Positions 49,539 to 60,396 of a stretch of 64,000 nt of DNA are shown piece by piece. The notes below the pieces were generated by a model, which saw only the letters and a program-made list of their open reading frames with translations, made no database searches and was not told the DNA's origin. The first letter of the stretch is position 1. Each line of letters opens with the position of its first letter. Both the position numbers and the translations under genes were made by a program. Source of the DNA: Staphylococcus phage AH12; the sequence record OR455461.1. One strand, written 5' to 3'.

Positions 49539-52500
49539 TTGATTAGTATTCTTAATACTGATAGAAATAGAATTGAAAATAAAATAATATCAGACACTTT
49601 TGAAAATGTATTATCTTATGAAAAATTAGTGTATGATTTTAAAAATAAAACTGAAGTAATTAACTTAACTTTTAAAAATAAAAATTATATTCCATTAAAT
49701 TCATATATAACTGTATTAGATGAAAGTAAAAATGAATCAGAATTTGTATGTATTAAAGAAAATGATAAAGATTCAATTTTAATTCCTGCTTATACTAAAG
49801 ATTTGAATAATAAATTTACTTCTTCAACTCAAGAATTAAAAGGTTCATTGAAATCAATTATACAAACTTTACTACTTAACACAGGGTATAAAGTTGAATT
49901 TAATGATTTAGTTCAAGATGAAGAAATAATTGTTAAAGAAAGCAAAAAAACTATATATGAGAAATTATTAGATATTTTATTTGAAAAAGATTTATCTATT
50001 AGACATAAATATGATTTAGATAAAAATGAAAGAACTTTAATAATTAATAAAGGTAAAGATTTAAGAAAATCTAATCCTAAAGAAATTAATGGTAGAATTC
50101 CTGGATTTGAATTTAATATCGATAAGTCTAATATTAAAACTGCTTTAATTGTCTATGATAAAACGAGCAAAGAATCAATCACAGTTAGAGATTCTATTAA
50201 TCAAAAACGTTTCATTAAAAATAATGAATATATCTTTGATACTATTGAAGTAGAAAATAAATCTAAAGAAGAAATGGAAGATATTGCTAATTTAAAACTT
50301 AAAGAGAGTTCTTTAAATTCTATTGAGTTAAAATTAACTGGTTTAGTTTTAAGACAATGGACAAATTGTCATTATAATAAATTTATTTCTAGTCAAATTT
50401 TCATCGATTATAAAATAGTTTCTCCTGAACTTATTTCAGGATTTCAAATAAATAAATTAGAGAGAAGTTTATTTGATTATAATATAGAAAGATTTAATTT
50501 TTTTGCTAGTTATAAGTCTTCTAATGAAGTTAATTCACCTGAACTTATATCTAATTATCTTAATGAAGGTAATACAAATATTATAATTGACGAAAATTCT
50601 TATTCAGATAGTAACGATATGAAATTATTAGAAAATTTAATTAATAAGAAAATGGAATCTATTAAAGAATATATAGATAATATTACTAATAATTCAAATA
50701 GTGAAGGTTCAATAGGATTAGGTAATTTAAAATCTAATAAAGAACTCAATTTCGATGCCATTATTTCTGATTATAATATAATTAAATCTCAAAAAGATAC
50801 TGTTAATAATCAATTAAAATCAATATTTGATTCATCTTATCTTAAAGAAGATTCAATTAAAATTCAGGTTAGAGATAAAATTAAAGAAATTGATAATGGT
50901 TTTGAGAACCTTAAGTCTAGTGTGAATACTCTTAATAGAGCTGATCAAGATGAAGAGTTAATGAAAAACATTAATAAAGATTTTATAAGCTTTTATAATA
51001 TCATAAAATCTACTAAAAATATTATCGAAATTTCTAATGAAGCAATTAATTTAGAAATGAATAAACTTCAAAATGAATATTCTCATGGTATTAAAGATAC
51101 TGTATTTAATGAAATTGCTAGAGTTTTAGGTTTAAGTTACGATAGTAAAACTCAAGTTCTTAAAGGTAATATTAATTTAATGTCAGATATAAATGATATT
51201 AGAAATTCAATGGACTTAATGAGAGATAAAGTAAGTAGAATTGAAAATGATCTAAGTGATTCAGGAGTTGTTTTAAGAGGTCAATTAGATAATCTTAAAG
51301 AAAATATAGCTAATGTATTAGGTTTACCTTTAAATTCTGAATCTGGTATGATTGATGGGTCTATTGACAATCAAGATTTAATAGATAAAATTAAACAACA
51401 AATTTCTGATGTAAAAGATAATATTGAAACTTCTAAAAATAATTTAATTGAAGTTAAAAAAGATTTAGAAACTCAACAAGATGAATTACAACAAAAATCA
51501 TTAGATATAGATTCTGTAATGGCAGAAGCTAACTTAGTTAGAGAAGAATTAACTCAAGAATTGGAAACTTCTCAAAAAGAATTTGATTACTATATGGATT
51601 CTCGTGGAGACAATTTAATATTCAATGGTAATGCGGATCAAGGTGATGAATCTAATTTCCCTGGTATGTATTATGATCGTAGTGATGCATTCCAGTCAGC
51701 CGCTTCTTTTAGAATGGATGGATTTAATACAACTACTCAAACAGAACGATTAATTCCAGTTAATCCAGAAAAAACTTATAAGCTTTCAATGTTCTTAAAG
51801 AATAATAATTCATTACCTTCTTCAATAGGTCATTTAAGTTATGATAAAGATGGACAATTAATTGAATCTCAACATGTAATGGGTTCTGAAAAACCAGTTA
51901 TAACTTTAGCACAAGAATTAAGACAAGGAGATAAAGTTATATATTTCAATAGTCTAGATGGTCTTGATGATACTTATAGATTCCAATCAGCATCTTTAGA
52001 TGAAGAAGATGACACACCTAATTATGATTATGATAGAGACGGTTCTGTAGAGATAACTCAAAATGATGATATGTTGTCTATAGACGATCCAAATGCTGTT
52101 CCAGATCCTGAAGAAGAAAATATTTTATATGCTGAAGATACATCTGTAGTTTCTCCGGAAGATGCTACCGACCCTGAAGATATAGATATCCCTATGAGCG
52201 AATCTGATACCCCTACAGAAACAAACTCAGAAGTTGTTGACGAAGATGAAGCAATTAAAAATATGTCAAATAATTATAACATATCTAACGCAGGGATAGT
52301 TAATAGAAATATTAATCCTAATTTAATTGATTATAATGATAATCATTCATTAGTTATTTGGGATTTTAGAAGTAATGACGGTTATAGATATGGAGAATCT
52401 ACTTATTCTAGAAACGTATTTATGAATGCTTGGGATTATGGAGCTATTGATAGAGAAAATAACTGTATTTATCTTAATAGACCTTTTGATTTAATTAACT

Positions 52501-55500
52501 ATGATTCTGAAGATGGAGCATTTCCTGCTGGTACTAAAGTATCTGGTACATTTACTGATGATAATGTACAATGGTCTTTAATTAAAGACGAAGATGTTCC
52601 TAATGAAGATAAAGATGATGATCCAGAAGAATTTAATGGTTGGTACCATAGACAAGCATTAATAACTAAAGAAAATATTAGAGGTACTAATGGATTCTTA
52701 TACGGTACATTCTATACTACGTTATTCTTTAAAGTAAACCAATCTGAAGATTCTGATATAGTTGAATTTGAAGATGGATCTGATGAACCTAAATTCTGGA
52801 TAACTAATTTAGAAATGTATGATGTTACTGGATTAGAATCTGTTAGAAAAACTGTAATAGATACTAATGAATTAGTAGCTACTATGATGACTAAAAAAGA
52901 AATGGATGATTACCGTAAGCAAGTTATAGAAGGTTTCTCTGAAGTTAGTCAAACAGTAGATATGATTCGTCAAGAAGTAACTAAAAAGATTAATGATCTT
53001 GATGATAAAGTTATTAATGAAGTTACTTCTCGCATAGAAACTATAGCAGGACAAATAGACTTAGTTTCTGAAGCTCAAAGGGTAGATAAAGAAGAAGTAG
53101 ATAAACAACTAGGTGAACTTAAAATAGAAACTGATAAGATTTCATCTATAGTTCAAAGAGTAACTTCCACTGAAAGTAGTTTTAGTGATTTATCAACTAA
53201 AGTTGATCAACTTAATGATAGTTATTCAATCACCGCTGAGAAAGTTACCAAACAAGGTGAAAATATAACAGATCTTACAGGTCAATTAACAGTAGCTAAT
53301 GATGCTATTTCACAAGAAGTCCAAGATAGAAAATCTGCAATTAATGATACTACTGAAACTTTAACTGGTAAAATAACAACCACTGCAGATTCTATTAGAC
53401 AAGAAGTATCTAAAGATTATGCAACTAAAAGTAGTGTTAATGAAACAGTTTCATCTTTAAACACTTCAATAACTGCAGAAATTGGTAGAATTGATCAACG
53501 TGTTACTTCTGAAACTAGTACTGAATCTATTTCTGGTAAAGTTAAAATTGGTGCCAAAAATATGATTGCTGGAACAGAAAAATTTGATTTACCTTTCTTA
53601 GCTAGTATTACTAAAAAAGATAATAATGGTATTACTTATGCTAATACCAAAACAAATTTAGCTGAAGTTTCCCAAATAGTTGCAGTTAAACCTAATACAA
53701 ATTATGTATTGAGTTATGATGCTTATTCAGCAGCTGCATCTCCAGTAATTAAAACACCTATTACGAAAGCTTCAACATTAACTACTGAAGTTTCTCCTAA
53801 AGACTATTTAATTACTTTAACTGAAAGTGCTAAAACATTAACTACTACACCTACTAGATATGAATTGAAATTTAACTCTAAAACTAATAATTTCCTTAAA
53901 ATTCAGTTCACTGCGGATAATACAACCAAGGATACTTATGTAGGTCATATTCAATTAGAAGAAGGTAATGTAGCATCTACATGGGATATTTCTCCAGAAG
54001 ATTATAAGAGTAGATTTGCTAAGAATGAAACTCGTATAACTCAAACTGAGAAGGATATTACACTTAATGCTTCTTCTATTACACAATTAGATACTAAAAC
54101 TACTAACCAATATAGTGAATTAAAAGTAGAAACTGATAAGATCACTTCCATTGTTAGTAAGCAAGACGAAATGGATGGTAAAATTGCATCTAATACTTCT
54201 AGCATTCAACAGTTACCAGGTCAAATAACATCACAAGTTTCTGCTGTTGAAAGTAGAGTTAATGAGAATATTAATAATATACAAGTCGGTGCTAGAAATT
54301 TATTAGAGGATAGTAGGTCTTATAATAAAGGAATTAATGATAATTCGAATAACACTTACACGCAATTATGGTATATCAATATCAATTCAATTAAAGATAA
54401 AGTCTCTCTAGATGATAATCTTACGATTTCATTTGATTTACAGATGCAAAAAGGACTATATTTTAGTATATATGATACTCAAAAACATGGAACGATTCAA
54501 TTTGGTAAAGTCACTAAAACTAATTTAGGAACTAATAAATTTAGATATTCTGCAACTATGAAATTAACTTCCGCTACTAAAAATAGTGATGATTGGTATA
54601 TTTATGCATATAATAATAATGCTACTGATGATAAATTTACTATTGAAAATATTAAGATAGAAAAAGGTAATAAAGCTACTGACTGGTCTCCAGCTCCTGA
54701 AGATATTAATTCACAAATCAATAATATACAAGTAGGGTCTAGAAATTTATTAAAAGATTCTAAAATAAATAAAACTACTAGTATTTATGAAATTAATGAT
54801 TTCTATCTAACAGAAAATATAGAAGAAGGAACCGAAGTCACATTCACTATGAAAGCTGATTTAGGTTCAGATAGAAAATACTTTTCTTTGTATAATTCCG
54901 GTGGTTTGGTTATGCAACAAGTTAATTTATATCCTTCTGATAAAAATAGTAGAGGTATATTCTCTAGAACATTTAAATGGAAAAAAACGAGAGATGGTGG
55001 GACTGTTGCATCCAATACTTTCTTAAGAGTATATCATATGGAAAAAACAAATACGAGTAATTCTACTATTTATTGGGCTAAACTTGAATATGGAAATAAA
55101 TCCACTGACTGGACTCCAGCACCAGAAGATATTGATAATAAAATAGATAATAGTGTAACTTCATTAACTACTTCTATCAATCAATTACCAGATCAAATAT
55201 TATTAGAAGCTAAGAAAACCACTATAACTGAAATTGGTAAAATTGAGGTTGGTGGTAGAAATTTATTAAATGATAGTAAACCATCTTCAAGTTCTTATTG
55301 GAGATTTACTGAATCTAGTAAAAGTAGTGATAATATTAATCATACTCAAATTAATGGTGAGTTACCTATTGTAAATAAACAGAATTCATGGAAACAGTGG
55401 CAAATATATAGTAATGATAAATTTAGTGATAAATATGTAGATAATTTGAATAAATTAGATGCCGGTTCCTTATATACACTATCAGTAGATATTAAAAAAA

Positions 55501-58169
55501 TAGACATTAATTCTACAGGTAATGCCCAAATAATGATTAGATTTGACTCTCCATCAGGAGCAACTAATAAACTTAGTAGAGATATAGATATAGAAAGTGA
55601 ATTAACTAGTAGCTGGAAGAGATTTTCCATAACTGATACAATAACATCTGAAGATTTAGCATCAAATACACTTGTAAGAATTATATTATCATATGCAGGT
55701 GGTAGTAAAACTAATAATGGTTCTATTTCTTTTAAAAATGTTAAATTAGAAAAAGGTAATAAAGCTACTGACTGGACACCGTCTACAGAAGATATAGAGA
55801 CTTCCATATCAACTGTATCATCTAAAATAGATCAACGAGCTGATTCAATTGAATTAAGCGTAAATAAAATTAATGATACGCTTAATGCAGACAATATATT
55901 AATAAATTCAGACTTGAGTAATGGATGGGAAGGCTGGACTCAAAGTGATACAGCTACTTCTAAAAGCTTAAATTACGTTGAAGAAGTGTCTAATGCATAT
56001 TGGATCTTTACTAATTCTGGAACTGAAGTTGCTGTTACTAATAAAGATCTTAAAGATCAAGATTATTTATCCTTAACTTCAAAATCAGAAGGTTGGAAAC
56101 AATGGCAAGTATCAGACATAGATTATAAAGATGGTAATGGTAGTCCTAAGATGTCTAAAATAACTGCTGGAACATATACAATGAGTATGCAAGTTAGAAA
56201 AGATGCTGGAAGTACTGGTATACTTAAACCTTTTATCAGAATTAATAAAGGATCTTCAACTACTGATCCATTAGTTTATGAAATGGATGTAGATAGTACT
56301 TTAGATACTGAATGGAAATGGATTACTGCTAAAGCTACAATAACTGCAGCTCAATTAACTGATAAAACACAAATTCGTTTTATTATAGTATATCAAGGTT
56401 CAGGAACAGGAACCGTTTATGCTAGAAATATTCGTCTAGATAAAGCGGACAATCCACAACCACCTAGATTTAGTATCCCTGAAGACAATGACTTCTCTAT
56501 AAATACAGATGGTAATATGGCAATTTCACCTAGATATAGAGACGATTTTATATCTAGAGGAGTTTATAAACGTACAGTAATTAATCTATCAAAACCTTTT
56601 GTAAAAGGTAAAACTTATAAATTTGCTTTTGATTATAGTATATTAACAGGAAGTAATTCTGCTAGTAAAATATCAATATTTCCTTATAGATATCCTTGGG
56701 GTGGAAATTTCCCAAATGAAGCTAGCTCTGCTAATAGAGTTGATTATTCTGTTAATATTAATTCTAGAAATATTATTGAATTTACTGTTAATGAAGAAGG
56801 ATGTAATCAATTATTATTATATGGTGCACCTGCTGGAAGCTCAGATAACTCAGGAATTAATGCATTATTCGAAAATATTAAACTGGTTGAAAAAGTTGAT
56901 GGAAATGAAGATATGACATTTAATCCAAGTGCTGTTAAAAGTGTTTTTAGATATAAGCATAATAACTTCGGCTCAAGTTGGCCTTCCATAATATCTAACT
57001 ATATATCTATTGGTAGAGGTAGTGACTTTAGTGTAGGTGATGAAATTACAATGTCAGCTTATATTTATGTACCTTCAAGTGCTAAATATAAAATGAAAGG
57101 TTCAATATATTTTGAAACTGCCACATATGAAAATGTAAATCAAAATGGAAATCCTATGTTTGGTAGGTATTCTTCTACTCAAAATCCTATACAATATGAT
57201 ACTTGGGTAAGATACAGTTTTACTGCAAAAATTCCTAGAACATCATCCAATGGTATTACTAACTATGTAAGAGTTCTATTAAGATATAATAATGGAACTG
57301 TGAGTAATGATGTTGATGATGATAATGTGTTTTATTATGCTTTACCTAAATTGGAGAAAGGTAATAAAACAGTAACACAATGGACTCCATCTACTTTAGA
57401 TAGATTTAGTACAGAATCAATGTCAAGTAAAATTGCAATGAATAGTGAAGCAATTAAAATGATTTCTAGAAATATTGATTTAAATACAGATAAAGTTAGA
57501 ATTTATAATGATAAAGGTAACTTAAGTTTCACTAATGATGTTCTGAGAATATCTAAAACTGCGTTAGATGCAGATAATTATGTAGAGATAAATTCAGCTG
57601 GATTAAACATTAGAAAAAATGGCGTAGACACTATGGTCGATGGAATGTTTAAAGGTGAGACTAACGTTCAAGCTACATTTCCTTCAGTAAGAAGTGCAAA
57701 CCCTCCAGGTTCAGGTTCATATGACGGTCTTTACCATATAGCAGAAGATCATGTTACTGGTGCATATTATATAGATGCAGCAATGTATAAATATAGTGCC
57801 GATAAAAAATATCTAGTTGAGAATGGTGGATCTCAGAATGCATTAGCTGGAACATATTCTTACTTTCATGATAAGAGATATTTAGTTGTAAGTTTAAGTT
57901 ATACTACTACTAAAAATGCAAACTTACACGTAACTGTTGCTGCAGGTGTTGGTTGGAAAACAGATTCAAAAACTGATCTACACTTTGATAAAAAATATAC
58001 AACTTCAAGCAATGGAGTCATTGTTGAATATATAGATATAGGAAAACCTACAAATATGTATAGAACACTAGTTATTGAATTAGGTGTAACAGGGACTACT
58101 ACTAAGGGTGAAGGCGGTTTCGTTCAATTTAAGAGACTTGCACTTAGCAATTTCAATTCAATATCATAA
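49539..58169 (+). CDS. giant modular tail fiber or adhesin, 2876 aa
   Basis: TTG start with an AAGGATGGTG RBS. Has long coiled-coil stretches and at least five beta-rich modules. Each module opens with V-G-x-R-N-L-L-x-D-S and closes with L-E-K-G-N-K-A-T-D-W-T-P-A-P-E-D-I-type motifs. Confidence 0.8.
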   Translation: MISILNTDRNRIENKIISDTFENVLSYEKLVYDFKNKTEVINLTFKNKNYIPLNSYITVLDESKNESEFVCIKENDKDSILIPAYTKDLNNKFTSSTQELKGSLKSIIQTLLLNTGYKVEFNDLVQDEEIIVKESKKTIYEKLLDILFEKDLSIRHKYDLDKNERTLIINKGKDLRKSNPKEINGRIPGFEFNIDKSNIKTALIVYDKTSKESITVRDSINQKRFIKNNEYIFDTIEVENKSKEEMEDIANLKLKESSLNSIELKLTGLVLRQWTNCHYNKFISSQIFIDYKIVSPELISGFQINKLERSLFDYNIERFNFFASYKSSNEVNSPELISNYLNEGNTNIIIDENSYSDSNDMKLLENLINKKMESIKEYIDNITNNSNSEGSIGLGNLKSNKELNFDAIISDYNIIKSQKDTVNNQLKSIFDSSYLKEDSIKIQVRDKIKEIDNGFENLKSSVNTLNRADQDEELMKNINKDFISFYNIIKSTKNIIEISNEAINLEMNKLQNEYSHGIKDTVFNEIARVLGLSYDSKTQVLKGNINLMSDINDIRNSMDLMRDKVSRIENDLSDSGVVLRGQLDNLKENIANVLGLPLNSESGMIDGSIDNQDLIDKIKQQISDVKDNIETSKNNLIEVKKDLETQQDELQQKSLDIDSVMAEANLVREELTQELETSQKEFDYYMDSRGDNLIFNGNADQGDESNFPGMYYDRSDAFQSAASFRMDGFNTTTQTERLIPVNPEKTYKLSMFLKNNNSLPSSIGHLSYDKDGQLIESQHVMGSEKPVITLAQELRQGDKVIYFNSLDGLDDTYRFQSASLDEEDDTPNYDYDRDGSVEITQNDDMLSIDDPNAVPDPEEENILYAEDTSVVSPEDATDPEDIDIPMSESDTPTETNSEVVDEDEAIKNMSNNYNISNAGIVNRNINPNLIDYNDNHSLVIWDFRSNDGYRYGESTYSRNVFMNAWDYGAIDRENNCIYLNRPFDLINYDSEDGAFPAGTKVSGTFTDDNVQWSLIKDEDVPNEDKDDDPEEFNGWYHRQALITKENIRGTNGFLYGTFYTTLFFKVNQSEDSDIVEFEDGSDEPKFWITNLEMYDVTGLESVRKTVIDTNELVATMMTKKEMDDYRKQVIEGFSEVSQTVDMIRQEVTKKINDLDDKVINEVTSRIETIAGQIDLVSEAQRVDKEEVDKQLGELKIETDKISSIVQRVTSTESSFSDLSTKVDQLNDSYSITAEKVTKQGENITDLTGQLTVANDAISQEVQDRKSAINDTTETLTGKITTTADSIRQEVSKDYATKSSVNETVSSLNTSITAEIGRIDQRVTSETSTESISGKVKIGAKNMIAGTEKFDLPFLASITKKDNNGITYANTKTNLAEVSQIVAVKPNTNYVLSYDAYSAAASPVIKTPITKASTLTTEVSPKDYLITLTESAKTLTTTPTRYELKFNSKTNNFLKIQFTADNTTKDTYVGHIQLEEGNVASTWDISPEDYKSRFAKNETRITQTEKDITLNASSITQLDTKTTNQYSELKVETDKITSIVSKQDEMDGKIASNTSSIQQLPGQITSQVSAVESRVNENINNIQVGARNLLEDSRSYNKGINDNSNNTYTQLWYININSIKDKVSLDDNLTISFDLQMQKGLYFSIYDTQKHGTIQFGKVTKTNLGTNKFRYSATMKLTSATKNSDDWYIYAYNNNATDDKFTIENIKIEKGNKATDWSPAPEDINSQINNIQVGSRNLLKDSKINKTTSIYEINDFYLTENIEEGTEVTFTMKADLGSDRKYFSLYNSGGLVMQQVNLYPSDKNSRGIFSRTFKWKKTRDGGTVASNTFLRVYHMEKTNTSNSTIYWAKLEYGNKSTDWTPAPEDIDNKIDNSVTSLTTSINQLPDQILLEAKKTTITEIGKIEVGGRNLLNDSKPSSSSYWRFTESSKSSDNINHTQINGELPIVNKQNSWKQWQIYSNDKFSDKYVDNLNKLDAGSLYTLSVDIKKIDINSTGNAQIMIRFDSPSGATNKLSRDIDIESELTSSWKRFSITDTITSEDLASNTLVRIILSYAGGSKTNNGSISFKNVKLEKGNKATDWTPSTEDIETSISTVSSKIDQRADSIELSVNKINDTLNADNILINSDLSNGWEGWTQSDTATSKSLNYVEEVSNAYWIFTNSGTEVAVTNKDLKDQDYLSLTSKSEGWKQWQVSDIDYKDGNGSPKMSKITAGTYTMSMQVRKDAGSTGILKPFIRINKGSSTTDPLVYEMDVDSTLDTEWKWITAKATITAAQLTDKTQIRFIIVYQGSGTGTVYARNIRLDKADNPQPPRFSIPEDNDFSINTDGNMAISPRYRDDFISRGVYKRTVINLSKPFVKGKTYKFAFDYSILTGSNSASKISIFPYRYPWGGNFPNEASSANRVDYSVNINSRNIIEFTVNEEGCNQLLLYGAPAGSSDNSGINALFENIKLVEKVDGNEDMTFNPSAVKSVFRYKHNNFGSSWPSIISNYISIGRGSDFSVGDEITMSAYIYVPSSAKYKMKGSIYFETATYENVNQNGNPMFGRYSSTQNPIQYDTWVRYSFTAKIPRTSSNGITNYVRVLLRYNNGTVSNDVDDDNVFYYALPKLEKGNKTVTQWTPSTLDRFSTESMSSKIAMNSEAIKMISRNIDLNTDKVRIYNDKGNLSFTNDVLRISKTALDADNYVEINSAGLNIRKNGVDTMVDGMFKGETNVQATFPSVRSANPPGSGSYDGLYHIAEDHVTGAYYIDAAMYKYSADKKYLVENGGSQNALAGTYSYFHDKRYLVVSLSYTTTKNANLHVTVAAGVGWKTDSKTDLHFDKKYTTSSNGVIVEYIDIGKPTNMYRTLVIELGVTGTTTKGEGGFVQFKRLALSNFNSIS

Positions 58170-58177
58170 AAATATTT

Positions 58178-58200
58178 AAACATTCTCTTATAATATAAAA
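58178..58200 (+). promoter_or_regulatory. 22-23-bp conserved upstream motif AAACATTCTCTTATAATATAAAA, copy 1
   Basis: Contains TATAAT and sits about 20 nt upstream of gene 58220. It also forms a 10-bp stem with GAGAATGTTT at 58206-58215. Confidence 0.4.
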
Positions 58201-58219
58201 TGAAGGAGAATGTTTAAAT

Positions 58220-58582
58220 ATGATAAAATCAAATGGTGTTGTTCCTGTTTTTGATACAAAATATGATACGACTGGAAATTTAATTTCAGGAAGATTGTCT
58301 CTTGTTATTGATACCGATCAAATAAAGTCGAATGGTGAATTTAATGAATATAAAGCAGGTCAAGTATTTTCTTCTGGTCCTTCTATAGTATTTATCATAG
58401 ATATGAATACTTATAATCAAGTTGAAAAATTAAAAATTGCTTTTATAGATGGATTACCTAATCTGCTTGTAAAAGATGGAGAAGAATTTGAAGAAATTGA
58501 AGATCAAGAAACTCCTGAAGAAAAAGAAATTCGTGAACTTCAAGAGAAATTAGCTGCATTAATGGCTAGTAGAAGTAAATAG
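58220..58582 (+). CDS. hypothetical protein, 120 aa
   Basis: GAAGGAGAA RBS; ORF track entry. Confidence 0.5.
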   Translation: MIKSNGVVPVFDTKYDTTGNLISGRLSLVIDTDQIKSNGEFNEYKAGQVFSSGPSIVFIIDMNTYNQVEKLKIAFIDGLPNLLVKDGEEFEEIEDQETPEEKEIRELQEKLAALMASRSK

Positions 58583-58597
58583 GAGGAATTTTAGATT

Positions 58598-59035
58598 ATG
58601 GAAATTAATAAAAAATCTTTTATAGTAACATTTCATGCATCTTTAGTTGCTAAAGGTGTATTGGAATTAGAAGAAGTATCTGTAAATAACAATTTACAAG
58701 GATTGGTTGAAGAAGTTTTAAATGAAGTTGGTTTTGGAGAAAAAGAAAATAATGATGGTGTGGATACATCTTCATTCCAATCTACAGATACAGTATTACC
58801 AAAATCTCTACCTAAATCTTTACCAGATTATGAATATTCAGATGCGGAACCAGTTCCTTCAAAACCTGAAAATACACCTGTTGAAGCTGAGATCGATCCG
58901 ATTGATGAAGAACATCGTGTAGAAGGTTTTAATGAAGATTCAGAAGTTCAAGGTATTGGTAGAGCTACTGAAGTTGAACCTCAAGAAGATTCTGAAAATG
59001 AAAATTCTGCTCGTGGAGGAATTTTACCTCAATAA
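58598..59035 (+). CDS. acidic hypothetical protein, 145 aa
   Basis: GGAGGAA RBS; ORF track entry. Confidence 0.5.
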   Translation: MEINKKSFIVTFHASLVAKGVLELEEVSVNNNLQGLVEEVLNEVGFGEKENNDGVDTSSFQSTDTVLPKSLPKSLPDYEYSDAEPVPSKPENTPVEAEIDPIDEEHRVEGFNEDSEVQGIGRATEVEPQEDSENENSARGGILPQ

Positions 59036-59191
59036 TAGAGTTCATTAAGTTAATAAAAATAGAACAAAAATATATGAAAGTTACTTACATAGTATTTAGC
59101 TTTCATACTAACTTTTTCTTTGTTCTTTTCTGAGTTGACTCTATAAAGCTTTATTCTTTTTCTATTAATTTTTGGCAAAGTCTTCAAAATG

Positions 59192-59231
59192 TCCTAACAA
59201 TCTCAATGATTGTTAGGACTATTTATTTGTA
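59192..59231 (+). terminator. rho-independent terminator
   Basis: 11-bp stem GTCCTAACAAT / ATTGTTAGGAC followed by TATTTATTTGT. Confidence 0.6.
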
Positions 59232-59326
59232 AGTTGATCAAATCTATCATAACTCTTGTTCATTCTATTGGAACAATGATTTATAAATAAATTAATTAAA
59301 TAGAAGAAAGGAAGGTAATTTATAAA

Positions 59327-59833
59327 ATGGAAAATAGTAAAGATAAAAATATTGTAGAAGATGAAAATGAAATTGACATTAATAATGATACTAATGAAAA
59401 TCTAATTGTAAAGATATACTACTATATTAAGCAATTTAAATTTTATTTAACCCCAATTTTCCTTTCTGTTTACGCAATAATTTACGGTATTCAATTTGTT
59501 TTTAGAACTAGAGAAGCGTATAGGACATCTGAATTATATATTGCGTTATCAAAATTTATGGATTTGCAAATATACGGTGTATTTTTATTAGTCTCGGGTT
59601 TTTGTATAGGTATTTCAATATTTTTAAATAAATATATAGGAAGACCTTTTTTAATTGTCGGTTCATTTATATCTTTTGTATTATTCTTCATATACGCTGT
59701 TATATCTTTAGATAGTGCAGGTATGCAATCTACTATGATTATTCGAATTGTATTTTCTTTTGTTAACTTATTCTTAGCAGTATTTACATTTTTAGAAATG
59801 AAAGTTGAGAATATTATAGATGAACGAAAATAA
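59327..59833 (+). CDS. membrane protein with four predicted TM helices, 168 aa
   Basis: GAAAGGAAGG RBS and four hydrophobic helices. Holin- or antiholin-like by topology only. Confidence 0.5.
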   Translation: MENSKDKNIVEDENEIDINNDTNENLIVKIYYYIKQFKFYLTPIFLSVYAIIYGIQFVFRTREAYRTSELYIALSKFMDLQIYGVFLLVSGFCIGISIFLNKYIGRPFLIVGSFISFVLFFIYAVISLDSAGMQSTMIIRIVFSFVNLFLAVFTFLEMKVENIIDERK

Positions 59834-60368
59834 ACATTTTCAAAATAACAAAAATATAACAGAATTAGACTTATATAAAGTTAATAATTCGTTAAAAGAG
59901 GAAATAGAAGAAAAATTCGATAAAAAGATTGAAGATATAAAAACAGACAATGTTAAAACTAATAGTACTTTAGTGAGAGTTGAAGTACTATTAGAGAATA
60001 TGGGAAAAAATACAGAAGAAATTAGAAAAGAAATGAAAGAAGATCGTGCAGTCAGAAAACTAGAAGAAGAAGACAGAATTAGAAGACATAATGATTTAGA
60101 AAAACAAATAATGTCTGTTAAAGATGAATTGAATGATAATGTAGAGACTGTAGAGAGAAAGCTTAGTGATGAAATTAAAGGAGTTAAATTAGGATTAGAT
60201 ACAAAACTTAATATTGATGATTTTGAGACTAAATTTGATAATATAGAAAAAGCTGAAAATGATAGTAACAAAGAGTCTAAAGCTTTTAGACGTAATGCTG
60301 CTTTAACTTTACTAACGGTATTACTATCACCTTCAGTTGTTTTATATTTAGTTCAAAAATTTTGGTAA
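59820..60368 (+). CDS. coiled-coil protein with a C-terminal TM anchor, 182 aa
   Basis: Overlaps the previous gene by 14 nt. C-terminal hydrophobic segment AALTLLTVLLSPSVVLYLV. Confidence 0.5.
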   Translation: MNENKHFQNNKNITELDLYKVNNSLKEEIEEKFDKKIEDIKTDNVKTNSTLVRVEVLLENMGKNTEEIRKEMKEDRAVRKLEEEDRIRRHNDLEKQIMSVKDELNDNVETVERKLSDEIKGVKLGLDTKLNIDDFETKFDNIEKAENDSNKESKAFRRNAALTLLTVLLSPSVVLYLVQKFW

Positions 60369-60396
60369 CGATAACATAGAAAGTAGGAAAATTTTA

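Noticed and set aside
49539-58169. Diversity-generating retroelement targeting the fiber C-terminal modules
   Set aside because: No reverse transcriptase ORF and no template-repeat copy of a variable region were found in the window. The module similarity is explained by domain duplication.
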